Assembly (NCBI GenBank): GCA_040756235.1
Contig: JBFLZG010000126.1
Span: 161,564 to 225,563 of the forward strand
Direction: 5' to 3'
Length of the DNA: 64,000 nt
Source of the DNA: a bacterium
GTDB lineage: Bacteria > Desulfobacterota > DSWW01
Below the pieces are notes generated by a model that searched no databases, was not told the origin of the DNA, and saw only the letters and a list, made by a program, of their open reading frames with translations. The position numbers were made by a program, and so were the translations under genes. Positions 29,537-39,018 of this stretch are shown here, one piece after another. How positions within the stretch are numbered: the first letter of the stretch is position 1; every line of letters begins with the position of its first letter.

Positions 29537-30061
29537 TCAGCCCCGACCGGCCCGAACGGTCCGCATCATGGACCGTATCGGCAGAACGATGTTGAAGAGG
29601 ATCCTGTACACGTCGACCAGAATCTCTCCTTTTCGATTGAGCGGAAAGACACTCCTCACGTAGAGATCGCTCTCCACGGAGACCAGCCTGTAGCCTTCTT
29701 TCATGAAATAGGGCAGCCGGGCGGCATTGGACAAGCGCAGGGTGCCGAGGAAGTGGCTGTACCCGCGGCCCCTGGCGTACTCCACGATGTCCCGAGTGAT
29801 GTCGTGCCCGAGCCCCAGCTTTTCATACTCGGCCTTGACGATGTGGAAGGTGAAGCGCAACCCGAAACGCGATCGTTTGAGCCCCCCGATCGCCGCGAGC
29901 CGGTCCTTGACCCTCACACCCGTGGCGAACTCGATGTCCTCCGGCAGAGGTGGGTCGACCCGCGTCCGGGTGTTCTCGTCCAGGCTGCGGTAGAACGGGG
30001 CGATCTCGTCCAGGGAAAGGTTCTTCAACTGAATCCCGCGCCGGGTCTTGGATTTCATCAT
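29537..30061 (-). CDS. GNAT-like N-acyltransferase
   Basis: VKAEYEKLGLG acyl-CoA loop; N.A..YFMKEGY motif B. Confidence 0.65.
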   Translation of the reverse strand: MMKSKTRRGIQLKNLSLDEIAPFYRSLDENTRTRVDPPLPEDIEFATGVRVKDRLAAIGGLKRSRFGLRFTFHIVKAEYEKLGLGHDITRDIVEYARGRGYSHFLGTLRLSNAARLPYFMKEGYRLVSVESDLYVRSVFPLNRKGEILVDVYRILFNIVLPIRSMMRTVRAGRG

Positions 30062-30107
30062 CGTCCCGTATCCCGTGCGGATCGCGAGGAACGGAAGGGA
30101 AACCGGC

Positions 30108-31121
30108 TCAGCCGGCCGTGCAATGGATGTCGCGACACGGCCGCGGGAAGTCCCCTCGCAGGATCCGTTTCCTCCACGCCCGCACGTTCGTGTGGTTCCA
30201 CGCCTTGAAGAGCCCGTCCTTGGCCACGCTCGAAAGACGTATGTGCTCCAGACGGCAGCAGGGGGTCAGGTGGCCGTCGATGTCGATGAACGCCATGAAA
30301 AAAGGCCACAGGCAGCGGCGCATGCCCAGCCGATCGATCTGGAAGGCCAGGCCCATTTCCGCGCAGCGCCGCGAAAGATCTTTCCTGAGCCTGTCGTAGC
30401 TTCCGGCCCGATGGCCGTCCCGTTGCACCATTGCGAGCACGCTCCCGCTCCGGCCCAGCGTGTTGAAGACGCGCAGGCACTGCGCCCCGATCGAACGGGT
30501 CAGCTCCGGCATGCCGAGCGCACCGTCCCAGTTGGACTCCCCCAGGACGAAGTTCACCGTCACGGGGATGTCGGACGATGCGGTGAACTGACGGACATTA
30601 TCGAGCACCTTCTCCAGGTCAGCGTTTCGAATCTCCCGATAGGTCTTCGGGTCGGCGCCGTCGATGCTGACGCGGAGCTCGGTGAGCTTGGAGGCGGCGA
30701 GGGACTGGCGCGTCTCGCCGCTCAACAGGAGCCCGTTCGTGGTGATCGAGATCTGGGGAACGCCCCGGTGCGCGCAATACTCGATCATGCCGATCAGATC
30801 CGGATGCAGCAGGGGCTCGCCGCGTCCGAACAGACCGATGTGGTAGACCGATCGGATCTGGTCCAGGATCCGGCGCAGCGTCTCCATGCTCATGTCCGCA
30901 GGGACCGAGCCTTCGGCCCTGAGCTCTTCAAGGCGCGAGCACATCTTGCAGCTCAGATTGCATCGGTTGGTGATCTCGATCTGGTAGACGGCCGGGAAGT
31001 TGTAGCAATAGGAAGAAGCTCTCTTGCCCAGGAGCTTGACCTCCAGCACCTTGAGGGCCGCCAACGGGCTGGAGCTCAGGACTCCCGCCCGATGCGGGCG
31101 CTTGAGATCGTAGCGGGCCAT
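30108..31121 (-). CDS. Radical SAM protein with a C-terminal SPASM/Twitch-like domain
   Basis: CNLSCKMC, GEPLLH, TTNG, SIDG; CLWPF..PCC..PC..C; start uncertain. Confidence 0.88.
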   Translation of the reverse strand: MARYDLKRPHRAGVLSSSPLAALKVLEVKLLGKRASSYCYNFPAVYQIEITNRCNLSCKMCSRLEELRAEGSVPADMSMETLRRILDQIRSVYHIGLFGRGEPLLHPDLIGMIEYCAHRGVPQISITTNGLLLSGETRQSLAASKLTELRVSIDGADPKTYREIRNADLEKVLDNVRQFTASSDIPVTVNFVLGESNWDGALGMPELTRSIGAQCLRVFNTLGRSGSVLAMVQRDGHRAGSYDRLRKDLSRRCAEMGLAFQIDRLGMRRCLWPFFMAFIDIDGHLTPCCRLEHIRLSSVAKDGLFKAWNHTNVRAWRKRILRGDFPRPCRDIHCTAG

Positions 31122-31171
31122 GGCGCGCCTGCGCGGCGCCGGGGCAGCATTCCCAAACACGTTGGCCTCCT

Positions 31172-32143
31172 TCAGCCGCGATCCGTGCTCGTGCCGAAAC
31201 GCCGGTCTGCAAGACCGGCCCCGGCGAGGCACGCCTTGAATCGGACGAACGGGGAAAGCCCGCCCGTCATGCAGAGCTCCATGAGTAACAGGGCCTCGGG
31301 CCGGCCGGAGAGAAAGACCCTGTCGCAATCCATCCTCGGCATCGCGAACGGATCGTCTCCCAGGCAAAGCCGGCCGACCCGGGTGGAGACGGCCCCGAGA
31401 AAAGCGGACTCCTGCACGACCGACCGAAGGGTGAGGTCGTGCTCCCCGTACGGATAAGCGAACAGCGAGGCCGCCCGCTGGAGCCGCTCCTCGAGGGTCT
31501 GGCGGGAGGCGCGGATCTCCTCCTTGGCAGCCTCCGGCCCGAGCCGGGTCAAGTGGGCATGGGTGTGTCCGTGGGGTTGAAAGTCGATGCCGCCGGCCGC
31601 CATCTCGCGGATCTGATCCCAGGAGAGCATCGGAAAGGCGGGCAGCAGGCCATCGCTGTCGGGCGGGTACCAGTCGGCCGTCTTCCCGACCCTGGACGTC
31701 GTCAGGAAAACGGTCGCCGTGAAAGCATGCTCGCGCAGCACCGGGAAGACGTGCTCGTAGTTGTTGCGCAGGCCGTCATCGAAGGTGAGGAACACAGTCC
31801 CGGGTTGGATCGGCACTCCTGTGCGAAGATAGTCACACAGGGGCTCGAGAGAGGAGACCCGGTAGCCGCGGCCCCTCAGCCAGGACATCTGCTCCCGGAA
31901 CAGCCGGGGATGGGTCGAGTACAGGTCTTCGCCCGCTTCCACGGAATGATAGAGGAGGATCGGATAGCGCGGCACGCGAGACATGCCGCCAAACAGGCAG
32001 AACGCCTTCATCGTCGCGAGCTTGACAGCCGTCTTGAGCGGGATCACGATGCGCCTCTTCCCCGGATGCCGCTTCTCCCGGCTCGTTCCGTGCGACGACC
32101 CGAGGTCGCGCGAGACCCGAGCCCGGAGATCGTTCACTGACAT
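31172..32143 (-). CDS. Polysaccharide deacetylase (CE4)
   Basis: ILLYH, LTFDDG, HGHTH, FAYPYG. Confidence 0.9.
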   Translation of the reverse strand: MSVNDLRARVSRDLGSSHGTSREKRHPGKRRIVIPLKTAVKLATMKAFCLFGGMSRVPRYPILLYHSVEAGEDLYSTHPRLFREQMSWLRGRGYRVSSLEPLCDYLRTGVPIQPGTVFLTFDDGLRNNYEHVFPVLREHAFTATVFLTTSRVGKTADWYPPDSDGLLPAFPMLSWDQIREMAAGGIDFQPHGHTHAHLTRLGPEAAKEEIRASRQTLEERLQRAASLFAYPYGEHDLTLRSVVQESAFLGAVSTRVGRLCLGDDPFAMPRMDCDRVFLSGRPEALLLMELCMTGGLSPFVRFKACLAGAGLADRRFGTSTDRG

Positions 32144-33489
32144 TGCGACAACTCCTTCTCGAACAGCTCGAAGAAATGCTCGATGCGGCTCCGGTTCGCT
32201 CCGCTGTCCAAGGACCGGACGGTGAAGGTCATACGCCCGCGAAACGAGGTCAGGACGAGGGTGAAGCAGGGGGGGTAGTGCACCGGCCCCGGAAAGAAAG
32301 CATTCTCCACCTCCACGTCACCGAACTCGAGCGCGAGCGGGTCCAGAGCGCCGGCATTGCTCAGGCCGGGTGTCGCGATGCGGTTGCCACGGGTGTTCCC
32401 GTCCCTTGCCAGACGATGGAAGTTCGACGTGATGCGCCTCTTCACGACGCGATACGGCAGCACGCGGCACAGACTCTCTTGCAAGGGAAGCCCGCGCAGG
32501 CCTGACAGATCTCGTTTGCGCGCCTCCATGTCCTGGTGGACCCTGGAGAGCGTTGCGTCGAAATCATTTCCGAGGTCGTGCCCGATATCGCTGTGGATCA
32601 CCCCCAGGAGGTTGCATACGGCTCCTGCCCTGCCCTCCGGCAGAAAACGACGCCAGTCGAAAGGAAGGGCGATCCTGAGGCGCAATTCCGGCTCGGGGCG
32701 GACGACCGCATGGAGAGCCCTGTGGTAAGCGGTCAGGATGACGTCGTTGACCCCCGCGCCGCGAGCCTTCCCATATTCCCTGATCGCTTCGAACGACTCC
32801 GGCTCCACGGTTCGCTGAACGATGAGCGGGGTCCCCGGCCCTGCGCACAGCGGGAAGCTCCAGATCTTGAAAGCCCTGCCGGGGTGCGCATCCCGCCCCC
32901 CTCCCCATAAGCGCATTCTATCCCGTACGTCGAGGCTGCGGTAAACCTGGCGGGTGCTCCTGTCGCCCTCGCGGTTCGGCTCCGGCTCGAAGGACGGATC
33001 GTCCAGAAGCTTCCGGTAGAAGGCAGCCATCAGGCGACAGAGCTCGCTCAGGCCGCCCCCATCGCCTAGGGTGTGGTGCATCTTCAGGCAAACCGTGTCC
33101 TTGGGACCGCGGAACACCCGGACCGTGACCAGCGGCCCCCGCGCAAGGTCAGGCTTCTCCAGCAGGAAAGATCGGAGCGCGGCCTCGCCGTCGGCGGTCT
33201 CGACTACCCGGAGGAGGCTCCCCGGCTCGATCTCGCCCGGCCGCTCCCAGTAAGCCTTCCACCATCGCTCCACGTAGCGGGAGCCGGCGATGGGCTCGGC
33301 ATCGATCAGAAGCCTCACCGCTCTGGCGAGGCGCTGCCCGTCGATGCGGCCGCCCAGACGCATGACGCAGTGGTTCTGGGAGTCCGAGAGGACCTGCAGG
33401 AAGCAGAACATCTGATCGAGGTATTGTGCACGGAAGCGCAATGGCGTGATGCTGTGCAAGTCCGAAGCAACATCGTTATGTGTACGCAT
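32134..33489 (-). CDS. Stand-alone condensation-domain / CoA-dependent acyltransferase
   Basis: HHTLGDG catalytic motif, VNDVI, DWRRFL, LSNAG; start uncertain. Confidence 0.8.
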   Translation of the reverse strand: MRTHNDVASDLHSITPLRFRAQYLDQMFCFLQVLSDSQNHCVMRLGGRIDGQRLARAVRLLIDAEPIAGSRYVERWWKAYWERPGEIEPGSLLRVVETADGEAALRSFLLEKPDLARGPLVTVRVFRGPKDTVCLKMHHTLGDGGGLSELCRLMAAFYRKLLDDPSFEPEPNREGDRSTRQVYRSLDVRDRMRLWGGGRDAHPGRAFKIWSFPLCAGPGTPLIVQRTVEPESFEAIREYGKARGAGVNDVILTAYHRALHAVVRPEPELRLRIALPFDWRRFLPEGRAGAVCNLLGVIHSDIGHDLGNDFDATLSRVHQDMEARKRDLSGLRGLPLQESLCRVLPYRVVKRRITSNFHRLARDGNTRGNRIATPGLSNAGALDPLALEFGDVEVENAFFPGPVHYPPCFTLVLTSFRGRMTFTVRSLDSGANRSRIEHFFELFEKELSQCQ

Positions 33490-33616
33490 CCCGAGAGTCG
33501 AGAGTCGAGTATCCAGGATTTCTTCACGTCTTGTCAAGGACGATTCCAGCGGAAACACGCTGTCAAGAAGCCCCTCTCATGCTCAAAGGCTTCGTTATAT
33601 CAAGTCGATTCATCCT

Positions 33617-33645
33617 TTGACTTGCCGGGTGCGCTTCTCTAGACT
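33617..33645 (+). promoter_or_regulatory. Candidate sigma-70 promoter
   Basis: TTGACT-N17-TAGACT in a divergent intergenic region upstream of 33718. Confidence 0.5.
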
Positions 33646-33717
33646 TGCACAAACTCTTCGAACCGTTCCTTTCCGAGGGGGCAAAGGGGGGCCCTTATCG
33701 ATGGCGGAGCCGCTCGG

Positions 33718-34896
33718 ATGAAAAGAGTCGGCATGCTGTTTTCCTGCAGCTTCCAGCCCTACCAGGGGCGCTATCGGCGGGTGTATCTGGAGGCGCAGAG
33801 CCTTCTCGACGCGGGCTACGGGGTCACGATCTTCGCCTGGGATCGCGATTCGAAGTACCCGGAAGAAGAGACGCGAGACGGCATCCGCATCCGGCGCTAC
33901 CGCCGGGGGTCACGCTTCACGGGTACCTCCGGGCCGATCGTGAACCTTCACCACCATGCGGCCTTTGATCAGTGGCTCGTCCGATCCCTCGCGCACGAGC
34001 CTCTGGACGTGATCCACTGCTTCAACCTCGACACCATCGTCCCGGGCCTGCTGGTCTCCAAAGTGCGGCGCAAGAAGGCCGTTCTGGACCTTTGCGAGCC
34101 GGACTATTACTTCAACTGGCCGGCCGCCTTTGCTCCGGTTCGAGCCGCCACCCAGGTGCTGGAGCGGGTCGCGTCTCCTCTGTTCGACTGCGTCACGGTC
34201 CACAACCTCTATCAGCTTCGCAAGTTCCGCGCCTTCAGAGTGAGGCGCCTGGAGCAGATCGCATCGGTGCCGGACTCCTGGGTCTCTCAGGCAACCGTGG
34301 AGAAGAAGCACACGCCCGGGGCAGAGGTGACCATCGGCAGAGTCGGCACCATATTCGAGAACAACGGGATCGAAGAGCTGCTGGACGCTTTCGCAAGGCT
34401 CCGCAGGACGCACCCGAGAGTGAAGCTGCTGCTCGCCGGCAAAGTGCTCGACTCGTTCCGCACGACGTTCGAGCGGTGCGTAGCTCCGGTCCGGGATGCC
34501 TGCGAAGTCACCGGCGAGTTCGACACTTCCCAGTTGCCTGATCTCTACCGGAGACTCGATTTCTCCATCAGCCTGAACCGCAGGGAGTCGGTCTACCGGA
34601 ACATCACGCCGACCAAGTTCTTCGACTCTCTCGCCTACGGCGTCCCGATCATTTCCTCGGATATCGGAGACTTGCGGTCCTTGAACGAGCGGTACCCGTG
34701 CGCCCTCCTGGTCGACGAGACGAGCCCGGAGAGCATCCTTGCCGCGATGAGCGCTCTGGCAGACCATGCGGAAGCCAGGCGGGGATTGGCCCTGAACGGC
34801 ATCCGCCTCATTCAGGAAGAGTACAACTGGGGTCTCATGTCCAAGCGCCTGGTGGAGGCCTACGAGCGGCTCCTCTCCCGACCGGGAGGAGACTGA
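33718..34896 (+). CDS. Glycosyltransferase family 4
   Basis: GT-B features; DVIHC; PTKFFDSLAYGVPIISSD; YNW. Confidence 0.85.
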   Translation: MKRVGMLFSCSFQPYQGRYRRVYLEAQSLLDAGYGVTIFAWDRDSKYPEEETRDGIRIRRYRRGSRFTGTSGPIVNLHHHAAFDQWLVRSLAHEPLDVIHCFNLDTIVPGLLVSKVRRKKAVLDLCEPDYYFNWPAAFAPVRAATQVLERVASPLFDCVTVHNLYQLRKFRAFRVRRLEQIASVPDSWVSQATVEKKHTPGAEVTIGRVGTIFENNGIEELLDAFARLRRTHPRVKLLLAGKVLDSFRTTFERCVAPVRDACEVTGEFDTSQLPDLYRRLDFSISLNRRESVYRNITPTKFFDSLAYGVPIISSDIGDLRSLNERYPCALLVDETSPESILAAMSALADHAEARRGLALNGIRLIQEEYNWGLMSKRLVEAYERLLSRPGGD

Positions 34897-34909
34897 TGGA
34901 GAGAAACTG

Positions 34910-36409
34910 ATGGAGAGCTCCCGTCCGCCCGGCGGACAGGCCCGTGTGTTCCTCGTCTTCCCCTACGACAAGCTCGGGACCAAAGGCTGCTTCCCGCCCC
35001 TTTCCCTCCTCTATCTCGGCACCTCGCTGGCGTCGGCGGGATACGACGTGCGTCTGTTCGATGCCGACGAAGACAATCTCTCTCTCCAGGAATCGAGGAT
35101 GATCGCCGCCATCCTGGCGCAGGCGGGGTCCTTCCGCCCTGCCCTCATCGGCCTCCCCGTCTATAGCATGAACCTGCGGCTCGCCTATCGGATCGTCCAG
35201 GCCCTGAGAGAGGCATCGCCGGACTGGCGGATCGTCCTCGGCGGGCCCCATCCGACCGTCATGCCGGCAGAGACCCTGAGCGAGTTCCCCGGGGCCGATT
35301 TCGTGCTGCGGGGAGAAGCCGAGCGGAGCATCCTGGGTCTCATGAAGGCGCTCGACGGATGCGGCGACTACTCGGGCGTTGCGGGATTGAGCTATCGCTC
35401 GGACGGGAAGGTGCTGCACAACCCGGATGCTCCTCTCATCCGGGACATCAACCAGGTGCCGTTCCCGGCGCGACAGCTCCTGCAGAGCGCCTACGACAAG
35501 GGCACCTACTGGCGGATCGGAAGAAAGGGTCCCCTGGACGTGATGATCACCAGCAGAGGCTGCCCCTTCAACTGCAACTTCTGCTACCACATGACGCCCG
35601 GCTACCGTGCGCGCTCGCCCGAAAGCGTGCTGGACGAGATCGCAGAGATCCGCTCCAGAGGTGTCCGCAACATCGACCTGCTGGACGACAACTTCACCCT
35701 GGACCGGAAGCGCTGCACCCGGATTCTAGATTTCATCGTGCGGGAGAAGATGGGCCTTTCGCTCAAGATCCGCAGCTCCGTCAACACCGTCGACGAAGAG
35801 CTCCTTCGGCTCATGAAGCGGGCCGGCGTCGGCGCGATCCTGTACGGCTTCGAGTCCGGTTCGGAGACCATGCTGAGGAGGATGGGGAAGAAGGCAACCG
35901 TAAAGCAGAACGCCCGGATCGTGGAGCTGCACGACCGGTACAAAATCCAGTGTTACGCCGGCATCATCATCGGCTACCCGGGCGAGACGCTCGAGACGCT
36001 TCAGGAGACGAGGGACTTTCTGCTCAAGGTGAAGCCGACCGGCGTCAACATCTCGATCATGATCCCGCTGCCGGGGACGCGGGCCTACGAAGAGGCCAAG
36101 GCCGACGGCACGCTGGTGGGCGACTGGTCGGTCCACGCACCCGACCCCTGGATCCGGCTGCCCTGGGCCAGGGAGTACCGGGATTACGTGGCGGTCCGCA
36201 ACAAGATCATGAAACGCTTCATGTTCGACCCGGTCGTCGTCTTCAATCTCCTGCGGTACAACTTCCCGGCCATGGACAGGAGGCAGCTCCGCTACGCGAT
36301 CGGCTACTACCTGCGCTTCTCGCGCATGAACGCTTCCAGCAACTCGGGCTTCAAGCTCAAGAGGGAGGAAGCCATGGAATACCACAGCCGCACGACCGGC
36401 CGATCGTAG
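34910..36409 (+). CDS. Cobalamin-binding radical SAM protein
   Basis: PPLSLLYL, GGPHPT, RGEAE B12 domain; SRGCPFNCNFC; GFESG; IIGYPGET. Confidence 0.92.
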   Translation: MESSRPPGGQARVFLVFPYDKLGTKGCFPPLSLLYLGTSLASAGYDVRLFDADEDNLSLQESRMIAAILAQAGSFRPALIGLPVYSMNLRLAYRIVQALREASPDWRIVLGGPHPTVMPAETLSEFPGADFVLRGEAERSILGLMKALDGCGDYSGVAGLSYRSDGKVLHNPDAPLIRDINQVPFPARQLLQSAYDKGTYWRIGRKGPLDVMITSRGCPFNCNFCYHMTPGYRARSPESVLDEIAEIRSRGVRNIDLLDDNFTLDRKRCTRILDFIVREKMGLSLKIRSSVNTVDEELLRLMKRAGVGAILYGFESGSETMLRRMGKKATVKQNARIVELHDRYKIQCYAGIIIGYPGETLETLQETRDFLLKVKPTGVNISIMIPLPGTRAYEEAKADGTLVGDWSVHAPDPWIRLPWAREYRDYVAVRNKIMKRFMFDPVVVFNLLRYNFPAMDRRQLRYAIGYYLRFSRMNASSNSGFKLKREEAMEYHSRTTGRS

Positions 36410-36448
36410 CGGTTGCACCGAACCCCACCGGTGCCCCGATCTCTATCT

Positions 36449-37777
36449 CTACATCGACAGCACTTCTTCGGCAGGATCCGATCCGAGCCGACGGACGTAG
36501 GCGGGAACCTCCGCCAGCCCGTCGAGCACCACGCTTTCTCCGAGCACCGGCAGGCACCTGGCCAGCGATTCCTTCGATTGTCCCGCGCCGCCGGGCAGCA
36601 GGATCACGCGCAGCGCCGCGTTGCTGCCGGTGCGCAGGTCCAGCGAAGAGGATCCCACATAGACCGCGTTCTCCTTGCGCAGACCGAGCGAGCTCAGGAG
36701 CTCGACCAGCACCTTGGGATGCGGCTTCCACGCGCCGCACGCATCGGCCGTCTGGACGCCGTCCAGGTGGTCCTCGAGGCCGAGCCGTTCGATCATCCCC
36801 TCGGCCGTTTCGCGAAAATGCCGTGAAAGGACCCCGATCTTCATCCCCGCGGATCGCAGCTCCGCGAGGACCTCCTTGGCCCCAGGCCTCAGGAGCACGT
36901 GCTCGGCGCACAACTCGCGGAAGCGTTCGGCAAAGAGCCGCGAGGCGGTCGTGAGGAGAGACTCTCCAATGAGAGCGGCCAACATCTGCGGCAGGCCACG
37001 CCCCAGCTGCCGGTGGAAGCTCTTGCGGGAGATGCCCCGTTTGCCGAGCGACTGCAGCACCCGCCGGAGGGCGAGGTAAGCGGCCGGGTCGGAATCCACC
37101 AGGACCCGGTCCAGGTCGAGCAGGACGCCCAGGATGCGCGTGTCGGGCCTCCGGTGGAATCTGTCCGCGGGCACGCCTGCGGCCACCTGCCCGGGCGGGA
37201 CCGACTTCACGATCACGGCGTTGGCTGCGACCATGGCGCCCTTGCCGACCACGATCGGCTCGGGATTTCCCTCGAGGACGAAGGAGCCGTGGGAGAACGT
37301 CACATCGTCCTCCACCACGACCTTGCCGAAGCCGCAGACGGTGCACCCTTGGCGGATCACGCATCTCTGCCCGATCTCCGCATACTGGGCCACCACGATG
37401 CTCGTACCGTGCCACAGGGAGAGGCCTCTGCCGATGCGCGCGCTGGGCGCCAGATCGATGTTGGTCAGCGCCTTGGACGTTTTGTTGATCACCTGGGCCA
37501 CCGCTGCGAACCCCCTGAGGTGGAGGAAGCGCGAGATGCGGTACAGCAGGGTGGCTTGCACGCCGTTGTCAAAGAGAAGCAGAAGGGCCACGTTGGCGAA
37601 GCTCAGAGGCCTCTTCCTGTGCTTGAGGCCGACCAGGACGTCGTAGGTGAAATCGAGACGGAACCAGTCGAATTTGACGATCCCGTAGAGGACCGCCAGA
37701 AACAGCACCGCCAGGATCCCGATCCCGATCGGCGGGATCAGATAGATCGCCACGAGGTCGAGAACACCGATGCGCAT
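36449..37777 (-). CDS. Fusion: N-terminal TM + CysE-like hexapeptide acetyltransferase + HAD-family hydrolase
   Basis: LYRISRFL, IDLAPSARIG..WHGTSIVV, GVPA; then DLDRVLVDS, KPHP, YVGSS..D. Confidence 0.8.
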   Translation of the reverse strand: MRIGVLDLVAIYLIPPIGIGILAVLFLAVLYGIVKFDWFRLDFTYDVLVGLKHRKRPLSFANVALLLLFDNGVQATLLYRISRFLHLRGFAAVAQVINKTSKALTNIDLAPSARIGRGLSLWHGTSIVVAQYAEIGQRCVIRQGCTVCGFGKVVVEDDVTFSHGSFVLEGNPEPIVVGKGAMVAANAVIVKSVPPGQVAAGVPADRFHRRPDTRILGVLLDLDRVLVDSDPAAYLALRRVLQSLGKRGISRKSFHRQLGRGLPQMLAALIGESLLTTASRLFAERFRELCAEHVLLRPGAKEVLAELRSAGMKIGVLSRHFRETAEGMIERLGLEDHLDGVQTADACGAWKPHPKVLVELLSSLGLRKENAVYVGSSSLDLRTGSNAALRVILLPGGAGQSKESLARCLPVLGESVVLDGLAEVPAYVRRLGSDPAEEVLSM

Positions 37778-37808
37778 TGTCCGCCCCTGTGACCGCGCCC
37801 GCAACGGC

Positions 37809-38984
37809 TCACGGCCAGCCCCGGTTGAGAATGAATTGCCTCCTGGAACGGCTGGACAGGAAATAGATCGACTGCAGGAGAAAACCGAGAGCCGGCAGCG
37901 GGTCCCTCTTGGACAGGACGGCATAACAGGTGTGGTCCCCTCCCGGGCTCAGGAACGTGCGAAGGTTGCGCCAGCTTTTCCTCGCCCCCAGGAACCAGAG
38001 GATGTCGGCCGGTAGCAGCCACCGATAGAACCTGCCGGCCCGGTAATCGGTCACGGGCTCCACGTCACCGGAGAGCGCGATCTCATAGAGCAGGTAAGGA
38101 AAGTCGACGCCGCAAAAGACGGCCAGGGGAAGAGACATCCAGAAGCGCGGGTTGATCTCTAGCAGCTTGGGCCGGTTGTCCCTGGGGTCTACCAGGAAAT
38201 CGATGTGGGCCACCCCCTTCCACCCCAGCCCCTCGAGCAGCTCGGTCCCCAGCCGTACCACGTCGGGGTTCTTCACGCTCACCGCGAAGGTCGCCGGGCC
38301 TCCGTTGACCGGATACTGCCGGAGCTCCTGGTAGACGAAGGAGGCGCGCAACCGGGAGGCGTGGTTGAAGAGGAAACAGGCGCTCAGGTGCTCACGGCTG
38401 TGGTCGATGAACTCCTGAACGATCGGCTCGCCGTAAATCCGCTTCACCTTGTCATACTTTTCCATGAGATCGCTCGGGTCGGTCGCGTGCTCGATGCCCC
38501 TGGCTCCGGAGCTGACGCGGGGCTTGACCAGCACGGGAAAATCGAGCCTGCGTGCGATGTCGCGGATCGGGGTCTCCTCAGGGAAGAACGTCTTCGGCGT
38601 AGGGACCCCGGCAGCGGCTGCGGCCAGGACGGTCTTCCCCTTGTCCCTGGCAGTCAGGAGGGCCTCGGTCGGCGCGAGACAAAGACGCACGTGTCGTCCG
38701 ATCTCCTCTCTGTTGCGGCTGATCAGAACGTTCACATCGTCCCGGAACGAAAGCACCGTCCCGTACCGGCCGGAAGCGATTTCCCGCCTCAGATCGCCCA
38801 GGAACGCTTCGGGCTGTACCGTGGGCTCGCTGTAGAGCACTCTCCTGCGGGCATAGCGTGAGTAGAAGGAATAGTTGTAGCGGAACGATTCGCCGCTCGC
38901 GACGAAGATACCCCGCGAGCCCAGCGAGCGCACGGTCGCGAGGGACGCGATGGAGCGCGCGTCCGTGACGAAAGCTCCTTTCAT
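37809..38984 (-). CDS. ATP-grasp domain ligase
   Basis: VRSLG, DK, FPVLVKP..SSGARG, IVQEFI, LLEINPRFW, GVDFP. Confidence 0.88.
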   Translation of the reverse strand: MKGAFVTDARSIASLATVRSLGSRGIFVASGESFRYNYSFYSRYARRRVLYSEPTVQPEAFLGDLRREIASGRYGTVLSFRDDVNVLISRNREEIGRHVRLCLAPTEALLTARDKGKTVLAAAAAGVPTPKTFFPEETPIRDIARRLDFPVLVKPRVSSGARGIEHATDPSDLMEKYDKVKRIYGEPIVQEFIDHSREHLSACFLFNHASRLRASFVYQELRQYPVNGGPATFAVSVKNPDVVRLGTELLEGLGWKGVAHIDFLVDPRDNRPKLLEINPRFWMSLPLAVFCGVDFPYLLYEIALSGDVEPVTDYRAGRFYRWLLPADILWFLGARKSWRNLRTFLSPGGDHTCYAVLSKRDPLPALGFLLQSIYFLSSRSRRQFILNRGWP

Positions 38985-39018
38985 CGAAGAACCCTGGCTC
39001 CCTGGAGCGAGGCGGGTC

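Noticed and set aside
33492..33510. Short GAGAGTC tandem repeat
   Set aside because: About 2.5 units; too short to support phase variation
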